Shown: piece by piece, positions 24,536-25,589 of the stretch
Layout: each line of letters opens with the position of its first letter
Position numbering within the stretch: position 1 is the stretch's first letter
Source: a virus
Taxonomy: Duplodnaviria > Caudoviricetes
Direction: 5' to 3' (one strand)
DNA: 25,589 bases
Virus record (IMG/VR): IMGVR_UViG_3300025322_000150
Location: 1-25,589 of that record
Program-made: the position numbers and the translations under genes
Notes under the pieces: model-generated
What the model saw: the letters and a program-made list of their open reading frames with translations, nothing else
The model's database searches: none
What the model was told of the DNA's origin: nothing

Positions 24536-25589
24536 GTGGCAGTATCTTTTAAAATTCCACCAGGAACAACTGATAAAAATATAGAATCAGTCTTAGATAA
24601 ACTCCAGAATGCTATTCAGAAATTTGGAACAGACGTAGATGCGCAATCAGTTGAAGTAGAGAATAAGAAAGAAGTATTAAATGGATTAGCTACAACACTA
24701 TACGATTTTGATATTCAACTTCAAGACTTTGTAAACAATTTCTCAGCAAATACTAAAAGTCAAACCGATGATGCGGATGCTGCGAATATCCGAACCAAAG
24801 TAGCGGAGTTTCAGAATAAACTAATTAATGGACAATTTTCTATAGAAGAAGCTAATACTTTAATAACAGATCTTGCAGAATTTTTTGGTCAAGCTGTAAC
24901 TATATATGAAAATGAGTTTCCATCCGCTGAAGAAGCTAAAAAAACAATAGAGGAAGCAAAGGAAGCAGAGGAAAAAGGGGCCGAAGAAGAAAAACCCATT
25001 GAAGAAAAACCTGCCGAAGAAAAAACAGAAGAGGAAAAAAAAGAAACAACATCCTCGGCTAGAGACTTATTAAATAGTTTTTTAACCAGCATAGAAGAAA
25101 TAAAAAAGAATTTGCTCGCGGTAAATAAGTATATTTCTAGATATATGGCGACGGATCCCGGAAAGGATCCTTGGAATTTAAGTGCCAGTCAACAAAAAAC
25201 AATAGAAATACCTCTTATAGAAAGTTTTAAAACTCTGGGAGAAAGTCTACAAGATTCTTCTGCGAGCATTGAAAAATTAGCAGCCGCAGTTCCGGAGAAT
25301 GAAATAATAGACGCTATAAGTGTAAATATCTTAACACTGATCAGCGATATTGAAATAATTCTAGCAATGCCGTCAGCCACCCCAGTTGAAATTTTAGAAG
25401 AGCCGGAAATAGAAGGTGAAGATTTAGAAAAACTTTTTGGAGAAGTATCCGAGATAATAGAGAAATTCGATTCAACACTTGTTACTGTAAGCGGATTACT
25501 ATCGCAAGCAGAAGAATGGTTGGAAACATATACCGATTCAATTCCGGAAGAAGGAAAAATTTGGATCGTAGATGCTGAGCTGGAAAATA
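24536..25589 (+). CDS. Large acidic helical protein (partial, about 350 aa visible, runs off the window; not in the ORF track)
   Basis: GTG24536 MAVSFKIPPGTTDKNIESVLDKLQNAIQKFG..., open to the window end, with an E/K-rich linker (AEEEKPIEEKPAEEKTEEEKKE) near 24930-25050. Confidence 0.8.
   Translation, partial: MAVSFKIPPGTTDKNIESVLDKLQNAIQKFGTDVDAQSVEVENKKEVLNGLATTLYDFDIQLQDFVNNFSANTKSQTDDADAANIRTKVAEFQNKLINGQFSIEEANTLITDLAEFFGQAVTIYENEFPSAEEAKKTIEEAKEAEEKGAEEEKPIEEKPAEEKTEEEKKETTSSARDLLNSFLTSIEEIKKNLLAVNKYISRYMATDPGKDPWNLSASQQKTIEIPLIESFKTLGESLQDSSASIEKLAAAVPENEIIDAISVNILTLISDIEIILAMPSATPVEILEEPEIEGEDLEKLFGEVSEIIEKFDSTLVTVSGLLSQAEEWLETYTDSIPEEGKIWIVDAELEN

Larger units (their letters stand above)
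1..25589 (+). mobile_element. Segment of a tailed dsDNA bacteriophage genome (accessory genes, packaging/head module, glycosylation region)
   Basis: Ordered TerS-TerL-portal-protease/scaffold-MCP module, dense same-strand packing, HNH and LAGLIDADG endonucleases, no host housekeeping genes. Confidence 0.95.

Noticed and set aside
422-25141. Frequent TCTAGA/CTAG (about 18 TCTAGA by eye)
   Set aside because: Only modestly above a rough expectation and largely explained by Leu(CTA)-Glu/Asp codon pairs in acidic proteins
1-25589. tRNA, rRNA, CRISPR array, integrase/att sites, DGR reverse transcriptase
   Set aside because: None seen; intergenic gaps are short with no cloverleaf or regularly spaced repeats, and the 54-nt repeat has no RT nearby and shows coding-conservative rather than adenine-specific changes

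Overview
A low-GC segment (about one third GC by eye) of a tailed dsDNA phage (Caudoviricetes-like), almost entirely on the + strand. Positions 1-3216 hold accessory and nucleic-acid genes: a Zn-finger protein, a Lar-like protein, an EndoVII-type HNH nuclease, an Rnl2-like RNA ligase and an amino-MTase. A two-gene minus-strand unit with a secreted trypsin-like protease (3213-4289) and a palindrome-rich divergent control region follow. The long late region encodes TerS, TerL, a Mu gp29/DUF935-type portal with a long C-terminal extension, a ChaB fusion, a Mu-I-type prohead protease/scaffold and the major capsid protein. Downstream of the capsid gene, instead of recognisable neck and tail genes, lie more than 10 kb of sugar-modifying enzymes (a GT-B/GT4-like enzyme, an NAD-dependent epimerase, two GT2 paralogs) interleaved with small acidic helical proteins. 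About 18 such proteins occur across the late region, including clear paralog pairs. Two insertions are flanked by recoded duplicates of a neighbouring gene end: the epimerase 3' end, and a GT2 5' end across a free-standing LAGLIDADG gene. Window-wide oddities are 12 copies of CCGCGG in all three reading frames and no TGA stop in 39 genes. All family calls come from motif recognition by eye; no searches were run.
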